Below are positions 62,522-64,000 of a stretch of 64,000 nucleotides of DNA, piece by piece. Below the pieces are notes generated by a model that saw nothing but the letters and a program-made list of their open reading frames with translations, was not told the DNA's origin and made no database searches. Position 1 is the stretch's first letter. Each line of letters starts with the position of its first letter. The DNA lies in contig JBMNNJ010000002.1 in NCBI GenBank assembly GCA_050953885.1, forward strand, positions 124,140 to 188,139, read 5' to 3'. Origin of the DNA: Patescibacteria group bacterium. GTDB lineage: Bacteria; Patescibacteriota; Microgenomatia; 0-14-0-10-38-17. The position numbers and the translations under genes were made by a program.

Positions 62522-63943
62522 TTATATTCCGTATTTTTCCAACACCGAAGCCACTCCCTGACTGACCGTAGTTTCAAGTTGGGGATCTCCACCCGACAAG
62601 GAACGATTAATGGCATCCTCAAAGTATTTTCTGATCGTGTCATTAATCCCGTTATCAAGCGTGCGGGAGCAAAGATACCAGCTTTTGGCATAAGACGCCT
62701 GCTCTAAAAACGGCCCCAAAAGAGGGTCGTTTTTAAGAGTTGGGGCCAGACTTTTCCGGGGATACAAAGCGCCAATATAATGCACCTGGCTGCCGGCCTG
62801 AAAGATCCGTTCTAAGGTTTCGTTTTGGGCTAAATAGGCTAAAAATTCAAAAGCCAAGCTCTGCTGCTGGCTTTTAGCCGAAACCCCTTCCACCCAAAAG
62901 CTGGCCCAGGAAACAGGCTTTTCCTGTCCGGGTATTTGCGGCAGTTGCGGTACGGGCGCAACGCCAAAATTAAGATTAGGATTAAGTTCGCGAAGGCTGA
63001 TAATCCGCCACGAGGGGCCAAAATAAAAAGCCAACTTGTTACCGGCAAAGGCCATCGTGGAGGCGGGAAGAGTTTCATCCCAAACCTTATCCTCGCGGGA
63101 AAAAACCATAAAAAAATCAAAAGCTTGCTTGGCAATTTCATCATATGGCCCGGCCAAATTAACCTCGTTCTGCAGCATCATCAGTCCCAAAATATCGCTC
63201 CAATGATCAACGTTGGAGGCGGCCCCCAAGGCCGCTCCCGCCACCATAATTCGTCCCGCCTCGTCACGTTGGGTAAGCTGATAGGCCGTCTGGCGAAATT
63301 CATCCCAGGTTTTGGGAACGCTTGCGTTCGCCGCCGTTAAGATGTCTTTATTATAAAAAAGCGCCAAGGTGTCAACCATCAAAGGAACGCCGTAAAAGTT
63401 GCTGCCCGCTTTTACCGCTTCCAACCCCACGGGATAAAAATCAGTTTCCAAGCCTATTTGCGCCACCACGCTTTGCGGCAAGGGAGCCAAATCACCTTTA
63501 AACATCGGCAGCCAAGTGTTGTGAAAGCGAAAAATATCCGGACCTCGGCCGGAAGCTAGGGCATTTTGCAAACGAAGACGATAATCGGTGATTGACTGTT
63601 GCTCATAGCGAATTTTAACGCCAGGATGAGTTTTTTCAAATTCAGCAATTACTCCTTCCATCACCGCCGGCGGCTCCCAAAGCCCCCAATAGGTAAGCTC
63701 AACCATTTTTTCCTCCCCGCCGGAGGAACGGTGGGAAAAGTACCAAAAAGCCCCTCCTCCCAAAACAAGAAGCAAAATTATTATTCCCAAAAGCCAACCC
63801 TTGCCTCCCAAAAACCGTTTTTTTTCGGTAATGAAAGGAGAGGACGGGGGAGGAGGGGTGGTGGCAGCTGCCGGCGACGGCTCTCCTGAAGACGTCAGGC
63901 TCCCGCCCGAAATAGGCGGTTTTGGCGGCGGCACTGGTGGCAC
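62522..63943 (-). CDS. ABC transporter extracellular solute-binding protein (family 1, sugar type), 5'-partial at window end
   Basis: Pro-rich N-terminus, TM anchor GWLLGIIILLLVLGG, then an SBP_bac_1-like domain (TYWGLWEP…PDIFRFHNTWLPMF). The listed start is GTG and the frame stays open to the window edge, so the true start may lie beyond 64000. Confidence 0.7.
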   Translation of the reverse strand: MPPVPPPKPPISGGSLTSSGEPSPAAATTPPPPSSPFITEKKRFLGGKGWLLGIIILLLVLGGGAFWYFSHRSSGGEEKMVELTYWGLWEPPAVMEGVIAEFEKTHPGVKIRYEQQSITDYRLRLQNALASGRGPDIFRFHNTWLPMFKGDLAPLPQSVVAQIGLETDFYPVGLEAVKAGSNFYGVPLMVDTLALFYNKDILTAANASVPKTWDEFRQTAYQLTQRDEAGRIMVAGAALGAASNVDHWSDILGLMMLQNEVNLAGPYDEIAKQAFDFFMVFSREDKVWDETLPASTMAFAGNKLAFYFGPSWRIISLRELNPNLNFGVAPVPQLPQIPGQEKPVSWASFWVEGVSAKSQQQSLAFEFLAYLAQNETLERIFQAGSQVHYIGALYPRKSLAPTLKNDPLLGPFLEQASYAKSWYLCSRTLDNGINDTIRKYFEDAINRSLSGGDPQLETTVSQGVASVLEKYGI

Positions 63944-64000
63944 TACCGATGGCGAGGGAAAAACTTCCTTCTCTTCCTTATCAGGAGAAACTGGTTCCGG

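Noticed and set aside
1-64000. Alternative genetic code (UGA recoding, as in some CPR lineages)
   Set aside because: Long conserved genes (groEL, ftsH, nrdJ) read through with standard stops (for example groEL ends with TAA). I saw no need for UGA readthrough.

Overview
The window is AT-rich, gene-dense and reads like a small-genome Candidate Phyla Radiation / Patescibacteria-type chromosome; this taxonomic guess rests only on gene content and repeat style. It holds about 55 protein genes, four tRNAs and no rRNA or CRISPR array.

Content, left to right:
- 1-9 kb: a glycosylation/envelope cluster (GT39/PMT-like and DUF2298 'YYY' membrane proteins, a HAD+GT4 fusion, a SAM methyltransferase).
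- 9-21 kb: housekeeping genes (UvrD/PcrA helicase, MBL hydrolase, acyP, FemAB-like, recF, a YerC/TrpR-like regulator, mutM, GT4, 5'-3' exonuclease, ftsH, trpS).
- 21.3-28.6 kb: a mobile-looking hotspot. It holds an intact IS481-like insertion sequence and a truncated second copy of its 5' end, each beside the 3' end of a tRNA. It also holds divergent tRNA-Met(CAT) and initiator-like tRNA-fMet genes with a consensus sigma70 promoter, an FtsB-like gene, a tyrosine recombinase, a tRNA-Ile(TAT), and a membrane-anchored TraG/VirD4/HerA-like P-loop ATPase.
- 28.9-39.2 kb: a methyltransferase, a PduO-type cob(I)alamin adenosyltransferase, a class II (B12-dependent) ribonucleotide reductase interrupted by a 394-aa LAGLIDADG intein at the NPC|GE site, and a 1324-aa UvrD-like helicase with a C-terminal PD-(D/E)XK nuclease, interrupted by a 361-aa intein in helicase motif III.
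- 39.5-50.4 kb: a minus-strand run of seven exported or membrane-anchored proteins. It starts with a 1316-aa Cys-rich surface protein with FN3-like repeats, followed by Tat lipoproteins, a C39-like peptidase domain, an M23-like domain and a CE4 deacetylase with an SH3 domain. A 305-bp stretch that is 100% identical at the DNA level forms the C-terminal domain of two of these genes, and one gene carries a frameshift.
- 50.6-64 kb: uppS, a polyprenyl synthase, rmuC, trxB, an M23 peptidase, tRNA-Ser(GCT), groES-groEL, a VapBC pair, a nucleotidyltransferase, a four-helix-bundle protein and a sugar substrate-binding protein that is 5'-partial at the window end.

Most intergenic space is filled by at least four recurring repeat/palindrome families. 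I find these the most unusual signal in the window. All coordinates and motifs were read by eye from the sequence, and no database search was run.
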